DNA of 64,000 bases from Spirochaetota bacterium (GCA_041753395.1 JBGSUQ010000001.1:221948-285947); one strand, 5' to 3'; positions 28,467 to 37,239 are shown, numbered from the stretch's first letter. The notes: generated from the sequence alone by a model not told the origin. A program made the numbers and translations.

Positions 28467-29654
28467 ATGACACAACATTATATCCGCAAACTTTCATCCA
28501 CCGAACGGGCATATCTGATACTCGGCGATATGTATCCTCCCATGGCGAACCAGTATTTCTGGGAGGGAACCGGCGTTCTTGATCCGGGGCTCTGGCGTAC
28601 TGCGGTTAAGCAGGCGGCGGATTCGAATATCGGGTGCCGCCTGGCGCTGAAGGGCGTCCTCAACCGGGCCCGATGGGTCGATTCCGGCATACCGCCCCTG
28701 GTAAGAGAGATAGACGGAAGCCGCTGGTCCGGCATGAGCCCGGATAACGCCGATTTTCTGACTGCACCGCTCTCGCCCTGGACGGGACAGGGATGCGAGG
28801 TACTCCTTATCCACGGCAATCCGCTGCGGGTGGTTTTCCGCACCCATCATGCGATTATGGACGGTCGGGGAACCCAGACCCTGGCGGAGGACGTCTTCCG
28901 CGCCCTTCGGAGAGAACCGCTCATCGGATCGGAATGCAGGACGGTGGAACAGGAACTGGCGCGAAGCTTCCAGAAAACAAGCCGTTCCCCCTCCCCCCCT
29001 GTTCACATTGCCCCCACCGGAAAAGCGGACGGGTCCGGGAGGGACATGTACTGGAGGCGGTTCCAGGTCAGTGGCACCAACAAAAAAATAATTTCCCGGA
29101 TAGCGGTGTTACTGGCACAGGAGGCCCGCACCTATTCATCCGGACCGGTGCGCATCGGCATTCCCGTCGATCTCCGTCCCCGGAAAAGCGGGCTCCGGTC
29201 GACCAGCAACCTGACGAACTTCATATATGTGGACGTTAATCCCGAAGACACCCATACTGATATCGATAACGATATCAAGCAGCAGCTTTTCGAGTGCCGC
29301 GACGGAATGCTGTACCCCGGGGACGAACTGATCCGCTACATGCCGCTCGGATTGGTTCGCAGATTAGCAGATCGAAGGATACGGAAAAGCAACACCCTGG
29401 GATTATACAACACGACAGCGCTGATTTCCAATCTCGGAAAAAAGGAATTAAAGGATTTTACCGGGGGCGGGTTCCATGCGACGGCCTTCTGGGCGATCCC
29501 TCCCGGCTCGGAGCTCTATCCCTATTCCGTGGTACTGGCGGGGCATGGAGATGTCATAGAAATAATCATCTCCATACCTAAAGTCATGGCGACACAGGGC
29601 CGTTTTGACAGAAGCATCGATGTCCTTGCCAGGGGCCTGGAAAAGCCTGAATGA
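28467..29654 (+). CDS. Stand-alone condensation-domain-like acyltransferase, paralog 4 of 4
   Basis: 395 aa. PPMANQYFWEGTGVLDPGLWRTAVKQAADSNIGCRLALKG...VVFRTHHAIMDGRG. Confidence 0.7.
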   Translation: MTQHYIRKLSSTERAYLILGDMYPPMANQYFWEGTGVLDPGLWRTAVKQAADSNIGCRLALKGVLNRARWVDSGIPPLVREIDGSRWSGMSPDNADFLTAPLSPWTGQGCEVLLIHGNPLRVVFRTHHAIMDGRGTQTLAEDVFRALRREPLIGSECRTVEQELARSFQKTSRSPSPPVHIAPTGKADGSGRDMYWRRFQVSGTNKKIISRIAVLLAQEARTYSSGPVRIGIPVDLRPRKSGLRSTSNLTNFIYVDVNPEDTHTDIDNDIKQQLFECRDGMLYPGDELIRYMPLGLVRRLADRRIRKSNTLGLYNTTALISNLGKKELKDFTGGGFHATAFWAIPPGSELYPYSVVLAGHGDVIEIIISIPKVMATQGRFDRSIDVLARGLEKPE

Positions 29655-29675
29655 CGGCGGGGAACGCCGGGTCAG

Positions 29676-30701
29676 CTACCTGCCGGTTATCCTGCCTATC
29701 AACCCTATTATTGAGAGAAAAAACCGGGACCTGCCCGACGTGCAGAACTCATAGATGGCGCGCGCCACTTCAGGCGCCCGGAGGTATCCGTACAGCTTGT
29801 GGGGAGACCGTTCTCCGTTGATTTCATAATTATTATGTATGATGGTGTCCTTCGGCGCCACTCCATGTGAATTCGGCTGGTAATCATCGGCAAGGTTGTA
29901 ATTAATAGCCACCGGATCAGAAAGATCAGAGTAATTATTCCAGCCTTTTTTGATGTTTTCAGGGGTTACCGGCATCTGCTCCTTTTTGTAATCCCTCCCC
30001 TGTTCTATCAGAATCTTCTTCAGTATCAGGGGCATTGACAGGGGCGACCCGATGGTGATAAAGGTGTTTATAGCAACATCCGGCGTGGTTTGGGTCAGCA
30101 CATCATAAGAAATTATCGTGCCCATGGAATGGGCAATGAGGAGGATATCCCTCTCGTGATACTTGCGCAGCACCTCAGCCAGCCGCATGCGGATGGCATC
30201 CCGGGCCGATAGACCCCGGTACCTGGTCACAGGACAATCCTTGTAGTAATATATGTCGAGGTCCCTGAACAGGTTGCGCACCAGGAGATTGGCAATTTTT
30301 TCATAATTGATATATTTTCTATCCTCGAAGAACGCTGCATCGAGCTTCTTTTCAAGTTTATCCAGGATCTTCTGTTTGAATTTACTGTGCGTAAAGTTAT
30401 TATAGCAGTCCGGGTTGCCGGGAAGATACGGATCGCCGAAATAGGTGTCGCTCTTCTTATTGGTCTCTTTCGGGTCCTGGGGCGATTCATGCATCAGGTC
30501 CGCCCAATAAACCAGTTTAAACGTAAAGGGGGTCCCTGTCTTCTGGATTGTCTTGAATCCTTCGCGGATGGAAGCCTTACACCATCTTTCCAGAACGTCT
30601 TTAGGCGGTTTATTGGCCAGACCATGGATGCAGATAATGATCTTTTTTCTAAACAATTTGTCAAATATGCCCATGCGCAAAGGCCCCCAGTAATTATACA
30701 A
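29676..30701 (-). CDS. Alpha/beta-hydrolase (lipase/esterase-like, GHSMG nucleophile elbow)
   Basis: 341 aa. ILLIAHSMGTIISYD gives G-H-S-M-G, and an HG-type oxyanion motif (IICIHGLANKPP) is present. It is convergent with the last condensation-like gene, with a 21-bp gap. An alternative start is at MGIFDKL (30674). Confidence 0.6.
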   Translation of the reverse strand: MYNYWGPLRMGIFDKLFRKKIIICIHGLANKPPKDVLERWCKASIREGFKTIQKTGTPFTFKLVYWADLMHESPQDPKETNKKSDTYFGDPYLPGNPDCYNNFTHSKFKQKILDKLEKKLDAAFFEDRKYINYEKIANLLVRNLFRDLDIYYYKDCPVTRYRGLSARDAIRMRLAEVLRKYHERDILLIAHSMGTIISYDVLTQTTPDVAINTFITIGSPLSMPLILKKILIEQGRDYKKEQMPVTPENIKKGWNNYSDLSDPVAINYNLADDYQPNSHGVAPKDTIIHNNYEINGERSPHKLYGYLRAPEVARAIYEFCTSGRSRFFLSIIGLIGRITGR

Positions 30702-31018
30702 GATGATTATGACCGGATAATACTGCTATATCTATCACCCTTCACTTCCATCTGTCCAGAATTTTGTGATTGGAACATGTATTTTTTTCATTTGTTGTCC
30801 AGTAGTGTCAGAGTCCCGATTATCGCGGCCTCCTGCCGCAATCGGGATTTCGACCTCCATGTCTCAATCCGGCTTCCATGCCACAATCCATATCCAAACG
30901 CTGAGGCAGGAAGCCGAAGTCCCTCGGCACCATGGAGGCGCAATTACGCCGGGGATAACTATCGTGAAGCAGTAAATTAAAATCGTCCTTGTGTCAGAGT
31001 AAATGATGTAAATTACCC

Positions 31019-31047
31019 TTGACACTCCTCCCGGAACCGGCCATTAT
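31019..31047 (+). promoter_or_regulatory. Candidate sigma-70 promoter (TTGACA-N17-CATTAT) for the gene at 31081
   Basis: cccTTGACActcctcccggaaccggcCATTATataag, about 35 nt upstream of a GAGGGAAA SD and ATG 31081. Confidence 0.3.
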
Positions 31048-31080
31048 ATAAGAAAGAAGTATATTAATAGAGGGAAATCC

Positions 31081-31515
31081 ATGAAACATACACACCTTGT
31101 TCTGTCCCTTATACTTTTCACATTCATTATTTTCCCTGCAGCCCTCCGCCCGGAGGTTTCTTTCCCTGCCAAGGCAAAGATCAAGGTTTTCTGGCGTTAC
31201 ATCCCGGCTTATATGAATCCGCTGGACATCAGAGAAACCTTCAAGAACAGCGGCTCACTATCCGCGTCCAAATCACCCTTTGGTGGTGGAGGGATAACGG
31301 GAAAACAGATAGTTTCGCTCATTAAAAAGAAATCCACGAATAAAACGATTATTCGCTACCGGGCCCTTTCGCTGAAAAATGGCGAAGACCCGGCAAACAG
31401 GCCGACTCTGGCATCGATAGTTGTACGGGATGACAACAGCCTCTATGATAATTATGTGATAAAGACAATAAACGGCGACCTTGCGCTGTATGTTGACGTA
31501 CTTCTGTCAAAATAA
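31081..31515 (+). CDS. Secreted hypothetical protein
   Basis: 144 aa with a signal peptide (LVLSLILFTFIIFPAALRP) and a GAGGGAAA SD. Confidence 0.5.
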   Translation: MKHTHLVLSLILFTFIIFPAALRPEVSFPAKAKIKVFWRYIPAYMNPLDIRETFKNSGSLSASKSPFGGGGITGKQIVSLIKKKSTNKTIIRYRALSLKNGEDPANRPTLASIVVRDDNSLYDNYVIKTINGDLALYVDVLLSK

Positions 31516-31554
31516 TATATCTACAATACTATAATTCAGTCGGGTTCATTAAAA

Positions 31555-31950
31555 ATGAAAAAGTTCATCATCAATCTCTTACTCTGTCACCTGGGACTTT
31601 TCCTGCTCCTGGCTGTGCCTGCCCTGTCACTGGACCAGGTCATCAAACTGTACATCTGCCAGACGGAGCACAACCTGGAAGAAATTACCTCCTGTGAATA
31701 TTCAGACCCTGAAAAATATCGTCAGGCAACGAAAAACGGGAAACTTACGCCCCTGGACGCAGCGCGTGAAGCGGCTGACACCTTCGTTGCCATGGACAGG
31801 ATACAATGTGATTCCGATAACAAAGTGGTTATTGAAAAATACCGGGTTGAAGGCAATTCCAAAAAATCGTACCTGCACCCGCTGGAAGGCTCCGAGCTTG
31901 AACAGTACTGCCCGAGAACGATAAAAAAACACGGCCATCCCTGCCGGTAG
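31555..31950 (+). CDS. Secreted hypothetical protein (Cys-containing)
   Basis: 131 aa with a signal peptide (LLLCHLGLFLLLAVPALSL). Confidence 0.45.
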   Translation: MKKFIINLLLCHLGLFLLLAVPALSLDQVIKLYICQTEHNLEEITSCEYSDPEKYRQATKNGKLTPLDAAREAADTFVAMDRIQCDSDNKVVIEKYRVEGNSKKSYLHPLEGSELEQYCPRTIKKHGHPCR

Positions 31951-32034
31951 AGCAAAAAGAGGATGTTTCAAAAGACATGATGTTTCTTGTATAAAATCAA
32001 ATAGAAGCTAAATATAAAAATGTTTCTTGCAGAG

Positions 32035-32158
32035 ACGCAGAGGCGCAGAGAATAATAGAGAATCAATACACATTAAAAAAATATTTTCTAATATTTTTAC
32101 TTATACATAATCATGAATTAATTATTACAACTCTGCGACTCAGCGCCTCTGCGAGAGA
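32035..32158. repeat. MITE-like element, family A copy 2 (terminal inverted repeats tcttgcagagacgcagaggcgcagag ... ctctgcgactcagcgcctctgcgaga)
   Basis: Its terminal inverted repeats are nearly identical to the copy at 14659..14799. The AT-rich core has diverged. It lies at a convergent junction. Confidence 0.6.
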
Positions 32159-32166
32159 TAATCCTT

Positions 32167-32592
32167 TTATATCTTTTGCTTCAGCTCATTGTAAAGCATC
32201 TTCGCCATGCCCAGGTTGGAATTGCGGGAGAGGCTCAGGGCATACTCATCATACAGCATGTCCTCGAAGATCTCCTCGGCAGAACCGCCGTTTATCCAGC
32301 CGCTTTTCTGCACGGTCTTGCGCATCTCCTTGAGCATCCTCCCCACCAGCAGCGATTCCATCTCGATACAGGCATCCCAGAGACGCTTCTCCTGCTTTAC
32401 CTGTTTCGACTTGTCTGCCGCGGGGCCGGTGCCGCCGTCTTTGATCGCATTTGAGAGCGCATCCGCAAATGAGGCGCCTCCGGTTTCGCCGGATGTTGAT
32501 GCCGCCTTCGCGGGGACCCTCACCAGTTTTGAGGCTATATCTTCGTCTTTGATCCGCAGACCCGCGAGGGGAGTTGTTCCCAGAGCCATCAT
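32167..32592 (-). CDS. flgJ: Flagellar rod-binding protein (FlgJ N-terminal-domain-like), without a muramidase domain
   Basis: 141 aa. ...KQVKQEKRLWDACIEMESLLVGRMLKEMRKT...EEIFEDMLYDEYALSLSRN matches the Rod-binding (FlgJ N-terminal) motif. It lies immediately downstream of flgI. Confidence 0.65.
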   Translation of the reverse strand: MMALGTTPLAGLRIKDEDIASKLVRVPAKAASTSGETGGASFADALSNAIKDGGTGPAADKSKQVKQEKRLWDACIEMESLLVGRMLKEMRKTVQKSGWINGGSAEEIFEDMLYDEYALSLSRNSNLGMAKMLYNELKQKI

Positions 32593-32595
32593 TGA

Positions 32596-33618
32596 TCACC
32601 TCACAATCAATTCAGCATGGAGAGCGCCGGAAGATTCCAGCGCTTTCAGTATGGATATGATATCAACCGTGGTGGCGCCGGTCGCGTTAAGCGAATCGAC
32701 AAGCTCCTTCACGGTTGCTGAGTCCTTCATTTCCGCAGCGGAAACCTTCTTGCCGGTTTCCTTTATCTCAACCGTGAGACCTTCTCTGCTCACCATGGCG
32801 GCCGATATCTTAACCTCGCCGCCGGTAACGATGGTGCCGTCGCGCTCGTTGACCACGACCTTTGCCCGGTACGCCGGGGCGACCTCGATATTTTCTATGG
32901 TCGATATGAATTCAGGAATGCTGATATTTTTCAGCAGGGTGACCTGGATCTTGCCTCCGGGGGCCATCACCGGTTTCGATTCCGGATACTTGTTCGCCAC
33001 AGCCTTGATGATGCTGTTCCCCACGGTATAATCCCATTCCTTGAGGACGATGAAAATCTTGTACACGTCTTCCTTGTCATCCTTGTCGCGGAACACGATC
33101 TCGGGATATATCTCCCGTTCCACCACGGCGCCGCCGTCGATCTGGGCGACGGTGCGGACGGTCCTGCGCTCATTTTTTATCCGCGGCACCGAGAGCGTTC
33201 CCTGGGCCACCGCGTATATAGCGCCGTCGCCGCCCTTCAGGGGCGACTGGATCAGGATGCCCCCCTCAAGTGACTTGGCGTCGCCGATGGAGGACACCGT
33301 CACATCGATCCGGTCCCCGATGCGCACAAAGGCCGGGAGCCTGCCCGTGACGAGTACCGCGGCCGTATTTGCCGAGGTTATATCGTCTCCCTCCATGCCG
33401 AGGTTTTTAAGGAGGTTTTTCAGGGACGATTTGGTAAGCGGCGACTTCCGGGTGTCGCCGGTGCCCGGGAGCCCCACGACCAGGCCATAGCCGAAGATCT
33501 GGTTCTCCTTGAGCCCGTCTATGTATGATATGTCCTTGACTTTGACCGACACTTCGGTATAGCCGGATATGGCGGCAAGGAAAATTAATACACTGATGAA
33601 AATGGCCCTCTGTATCAT
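32596..33618 (-). CDS. flgI: Flagellar P-ring protein FlgI
   Basis: 340 aa with a signal peptide. IKDISYIDGLKENQIFGYGLVVGLPGTGD is the FlgI hallmark. Confidence 0.9.
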   Translation of the reverse strand: MIQRAIFISVLIFLAAISGYTEVSVKVKDISYIDGLKENQIFGYGLVVGLPGTGDTRKSPLTKSSLKNLLKNLGMEGDDITSANTAAVLVTGRLPAFVRIGDRIDVTVSSIGDAKSLEGGILIQSPLKGGDGAIYAVAQGTLSVPRIKNERRTVRTVAQIDGGAVVEREIYPEIVFRDKDDKEDVYKIFIVLKEWDYTVGNSIIKAVANKYPESKPVMAPGGKIQVTLLKNISIPEFISTIENIEVAPAYRAKVVVNERDGTIVTGGEVKISAAMVSREGLTVEIKETGKKVSAAEMKDSATVKELVDSLNATGATTVDIISILKALESSGALHAELIVR

Positions 33619-33622
33619 GGCG

Positions 33623-34249
33623 TTACCGCGTAAGCTCCCCTAGCATTTTCCTTAAATAATCTACAATTATAGTCTGTTTTTCCTGTTCAGTAAGGTTGCT
33701 GCTGGCCGCCTCATCCTTTTTGAGCGGAGGCCGCTGAATATTGATGCCCTGCTTTATGCCCCGTATCTCCAGGGTGAAATCAGCGACGCTACTGGAATCG
33801 ACCGCCCGTCCCTTCATCATCACCGGGTCCACGAGGCCGGTTACGGTTATGATATTGGTGACTCCGTTCAGGGTGTAAGTGCGGCTCCCCGCCACGCTGA
33901 TCATGGGCCCTACTTTGTTCAGGACCCGGGTGGCAATGGAAAAGGCGAGTTTACCCTTGGCCGCAAACTGGGTGCTGTCGTCATTGCTGATTTTCTTCTG
34001 CATCGCCACTTTCGGAAGGAAACCCGTGATGCTCATGTCCGGGTTTGACGATACGATGGAATTGCTCTTGTCATTCATGGAAAGGGTGAACTTCATGTCG
34101 GATACGTCGTACACGTTGACAACCACCACGGTGCCGACCCTGACGTCCCCTTCCGACGTGTAGGGATTCCGGTCTTTCCAGATGGTCCTGGCATTCAGGA
34201 TGCAACCGAAGAGTATGATAACGATATACGCAATTAATGCCTTTTTCAT
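33623..34249 (-). CDS. flgH: Flagellar L-ring lipoprotein FlgH
   Basis: 208 aa with an N-terminal lipoprotein signal. RTIWKDRNPYTSEGDVRVGTVVVVNV is FlgH-like. Its position between flgA and flgI is canonical. Confidence 0.75.
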   Translation of the reverse strand: MKKALIAYIVIILFGCILNARTIWKDRNPYTSEGDVRVGTVVVVNVYDVSDMKFTLSMNDKSNSIVSSNPDMSITGFLPKVAMQKKISNDDSTQFAAKGKLAFSIATRVLNKVGPMISVAGSRTYTLNGVTNIITVTGLVDPVMMKGRAVDSSSVADFTLEIRGIKQGINIQRPPLKKDEAASSNLTEQEKQTIIVDYLRKMLGELTR

Positions 34250-34749
34250 AACGCCAGCTCAACCACCCGTTCATTTAATATCCTGCCGCGGGAAACGGCG
34301 GAGCCCTTGAGCTTCACCGGGATCTCCTCGCCGACAGCGCCGTCTTGTAGGGCGGTGCCGGTCTGCTCCACGTGGATGCGTGAATTAACGACCTGGAACC
34401 GCACGGAGTTTCCCTTGCGCACCACGATCCGGGGCTCTTCCCGGACACTATCTTTCTCAACCACATTCACTTTAACGCCGCTCCCGTAGATGTTGACGCG
34501 CCCCTCTACATTGGCCCTGACGAGATCTATCAGTTCCCTGCGGTCTACATATCCATCAGCAAAAAGTGCATCGTTAACGGGGATTGAAGCGGCGCCGGCC
34601 GCTTCAGTGTCGCCGTCTATCTTGCCCATGTCGGACAGTGTGAGGGGGTTCCTGCCGCGGTCAACCCGCGGAAACAGGTAGATATTCACCTCCGCGTTCA
34701 AGGCCGCGGCGGTGAGAAGCAGAAACAGGGTGAAGCAGAAGGTCTTCAT
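34246..34749 (-). CDS. flgA: Flagellar basal-body P-ring formation protein FlgA
   Basis: 167 aa with a signal peptide. The C-terminal SAF/FlgA domain reads VRKGNSVRFQVVNSRIHVEQTGTALQDGAVGEEIPVK. Confidence 0.75.
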   Translation of the reverse strand: MKTFCFTLFLLLTAAALNAEVNIYLFPRVDRGRNPLTLSDMGKIDGDTEAAGAASIPVNDALFADGYVDRRELIDLVRANVEGRVNIYGSGVKVNVVEKDSVREEPRIVVRKGNSVRFQVVNSRIHVEQTGTALQDGAVGEEIPVKLKGSAVSRGRILNERVVELAL

Positions 34750-35543
34750 TACCTCTTCAACCCTATCGCGGTTCCGAGCATCGAATCAGAGGTCTGGATA
34801 GCCTTGGAGTTCACCTCATAGGCCCGCTGGGCCACGATCATGTTCACCATCTCCTCGACGATCTTAACGTTGGACATTTCCAGAAATCCCTGGTGGGTCT
34901 TGGCCATGCCGTCTATGCCCGGCATGCCGGCTATCTCCTCGCCCGAGGCCGGCGTGGTCTTGAACAGGTTCCCGCCTATGCTCTGGAGGCCGGCGGGATT
35001 GATGAAGCGGTAAATCTCCATCTGCCCCACTTCAACCGGGTCCTCTTCGCCGATCACCTTCACCGTCACCTTGCCGGTCTGGCTGATGGCCAGGCTCTCG
35101 GCGATGAAGTTCTCCGGGAGCACCAGCGGGGGCTCGAGGAGGTAACCGTTCGCCGTTACTACCTGGCGGTTTGAATCTATCTTGAAAGAACCGTCGCGCG
35201 TGTAGGCAAAGGTCCCGTCATAGAGCTGAATCTTGAAAAAGCCCTCTCCCTCGAGGGCGATATCGAGCTTGTTTTCCGTGGACTGGAGACTTCCCTGGGA
35301 GAACATCTTCTGTGTTGCAGACACTTTCACACCGTGTCCTACCTGGATCCCCGTCGGCACTTCTGTTACTTCCGTTGCCGGCGTGCCCGCCATGAGCAGG
35401 GTCTGGTAAATGAGGTCCTCAAACTCGGCCCTCATCTTTTTAAAGCCGGTGGTATTCACGTTGGCAAGGTTGTTCGATATAGTGTCGATATGGAACTGCT
35501 GTCCCACCATGCCTGATGCCGCGGTCCACAATGATCTCATCAT
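34749..35543 (-). CDS. flgG: Flagellar basal-body rod protein FlgG
   Basis: 264 aa. MMRSLWTAASGMVGQQFHIDTISNNLANVNTTGFKK is the rod-protein N-terminal signature. AQRAYEVNSKAIQTSDSMLG is the C-terminal motif. A GGGGTG SD precedes it. Confidence 0.9.
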   Translation of the reverse strand: MMRSLWTAASGMVGQQFHIDTISNNLANVNTTGFKKMRAEFEDLIYQTLLMAGTPATEVTEVPTGIQVGHGVKVSATQKMFSQGSLQSTENKLDIALEGEGFFKIQLYDGTFAYTRDGSFKIDSNRQVVTANGYLLEPPLVLPENFIAESLAISQTGKVTVKVIGEEDPVEVGQMEIYRFINPAGLQSIGGNLFKTTPASGEEIAGMPGIDGMAKTHQGFLEMSNVKIVEEMVNMIVAQRAYEVNSKAIQTSDSMLGTAIGLKR

Positions 35544-35560
35544 AGTTGTTCACCCCTGTG

Positions 35561-35577
35561 CGCAATTAGTATGCCGT
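35561..35577 (-). promoter_or_regulatory. Candidate sigma-54 (-24/-12) promoter for the flgG operon
   Basis: The minus-strand read is cGGCATactaaTTGCg, which fits GG-N10-GC / TGGCAC-N5-TTGC. It lies about 20-35 nt upstream of the flgG ATG. Confidence 0.45.
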
Positions 35578-35887
35578 TTCAGACCGGCCGATTGTCAAAA
35601 AAACATTTGACTTATAATTAATTCTTACAAACGATAGTCCATTCTAACTCTCTATTTATTTTCGGATAAAAAACTCCCGGAAAATACGATTTTTTGATTA
35701 AAAATCACTATTTTCGATGATGGCGGTTGCACTTGATTTGTGGTATAACTACTCATAATTATGTATATTTCCCCCTCCGCCAAAGGCAGCGGAGGAAATA
35801 TCATTGATTATTAATGTTTTATTACGAATCTTGCTTTTTTTCCGGAATGATACAAATTATTAAAAAACAATCAGGAGACATGACATT

Positions 35888-36589
35888 ATGTTAAACAAGG
35901 TAATCAGCGCATTATCATGCTGTATCGCTCTTATGATCGGATGCGCGGGGGCGAATCAACACCTGAAGCGCGAAACCATCGATCTGGCGAAAAGCATTAC
36001 CATAACCGGCCCTGCCGGGAAAACATATAAGGCGTTCTGGCCCGACAAATCATTGATGGCGGAAGGACCGGTTGCGGGAAATAAAAAAAACGGACTCTGG
36101 AAAATCTATTTCAAGGGCACTGACGGCAAATCCGTAAAGGCGGAGATAAATTTCAACGACGACGTAATCGACGGTAAAATGAAGGAATTTTTCCCTTCCG
36201 GGAAACTGATGGTTGAGTCGGAATACAAAATAGGGATCCTTAACGGCAGATACATGTCGTATCACGAAACGGGGATCGGTAATATCGAGGCATACTTCAG
36301 GGACGGTAAAAAGAATGGAAAGTCCTTCGAGTATTACGATAACGGCAATACAAAGGAGAACGCCTATTACCAGAACGACATGCGCAACGGCATGTCAACG
36401 ATCTTCTATTCCAACGGCAAGCGTGAGGCCATGGGCCGCTACATCGCCGGAAAGAAAAACGGACTCTGGGATCATTTTGACCAGGATGGAATGCTTGAGT
36501 CCCGGGGGATGTACACCAACGATACAAAGACCGGCAAGTGGACTTTTTACGACAAGACCGGCAAAGTGACCGAGAAAAAATTCGACTAG
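35888..36589 (+). CDS. MORN-repeat (MORN_2 variant) lipoprotein
   Basis: 233 aa. Lipobox ALMIGCAG. It carries repeated G.W..Y..NGK...E..Y.NG units (NGLWKIYFKG, NGRYMSYHETG, NGKSFEYYDNG, NGMSTIFYSNG, NGLWDHFDQDG). An AGGAGA SD precedes it. Confidence 0.7.
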   Translation: MLNKVISALSCCIALMIGCAGANQHLKRETIDLAKSITITGPAGKTYKAFWPDKSLMAEGPVAGNKKNGLWKIYFKGTDGKSVKAEINFNDDVIDGKMKEFFPSGKLMVESEYKIGILNGRYMSYHETGIGNIEAYFRDGKKNGKSFEYYDNGNTKENAYYQNDMRNGMSTIFYSNGKREAMGRYIAGKKNGLWDHFDQDGMLESRGMYTNDTKTGKWTFYDKTGKVTEKKFD

Positions 36590-36595
36590 TCCCCC

Positions 36596-37219
36596 ATGAA
36601 ACTGGTGCTCATAGGACCGCCCGGTTCCGGCAAGGGAACCCAGGCGCTGAAGTTAAAGAAAAAATACGGAATACCTCACCTCTCTTCCGGGGATGTTCTG
36701 CGCGCCCAGGTGGCTGCGGGAACTGAATTCGGTAAAAAGATAAAGGTTTACATGGACCGGGGCGAAATCGGTCCGGCGGAACTGATCACCGAGGTGATCC
36801 TCTACCATCTGGAAGCCGAATGCCCCGGCGGCTTCATCCTTGACGGATTCCCCCGGACCGTGTACCAGGCGGAAAAGCTATCCGGACGGCACCGTATCGA
36901 CGTGGCCCTGTTCATCGATGTGTCAGAGCGGGAAATCACGTCGCGAATTACCGGCCGCCGTATCTGCCGGAACTGCGGCGTCATCTATCACATCGCGACC
37001 AACCCGTCGAAAGCAGCAGACCAGTGTGACTCCTGCAGCGGTCCCCTCTACCACCGGCCAGACGACAACGAGGAAACAATCCTGAACCGGATACACGTTT
37101 ACAACACTGAAACGCGGCCGGTCCTGGATTTCTACCATTACGCCGGCCTGCTTAATGCCATAAACGGCGAGCAGGATCCTGAGGTCATTTACAGGGAGAT
37201 CATCGGGATTCTAGAGTAA
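36596..37219 (+). CDS. adk: Adenylate kinase (with Zn-binding lid CxxC...CxxC)
   Basis: MKLVLIGPPGSGKGTQA is the P-loop. LDGFPRT, ...CRNCG...CDSC is the lid. The full length is 207 aa. Confidence 0.95.
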   Translation: MKLVLIGPPGSGKGTQALKLKKKYGIPHLSSGDVLRAQVAAGTEFGKKIKVYMDRGEIGPAELITEVILYHLEAECPGGFILDGFPRTVYQAEKLSGRHRIDVALFIDVSEREITSRITGRRICRNCGVIYHIATNPSKAADQCDSCSGPLYHRPDDNEETILNRIHVYNTETRPVLDFYHYAGLLNAINGEQDPEVIYREIIGILE

Positions 37220-37239
37220 GGTAATCCACCTCTATTTCC

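Noticed and set aside
24735-29654. Reading the four HHxxxDG paralogs as modules of a non-ribosomal peptide synthetase
   Set aside because: The proteins are only about 400 aa each. No adenylation (A) or carrier (PCP) domains are in or near the array, and no thioesterase is in cis. They are free-standing acyltransferases of the condensation superfamily, not NRPS modules.
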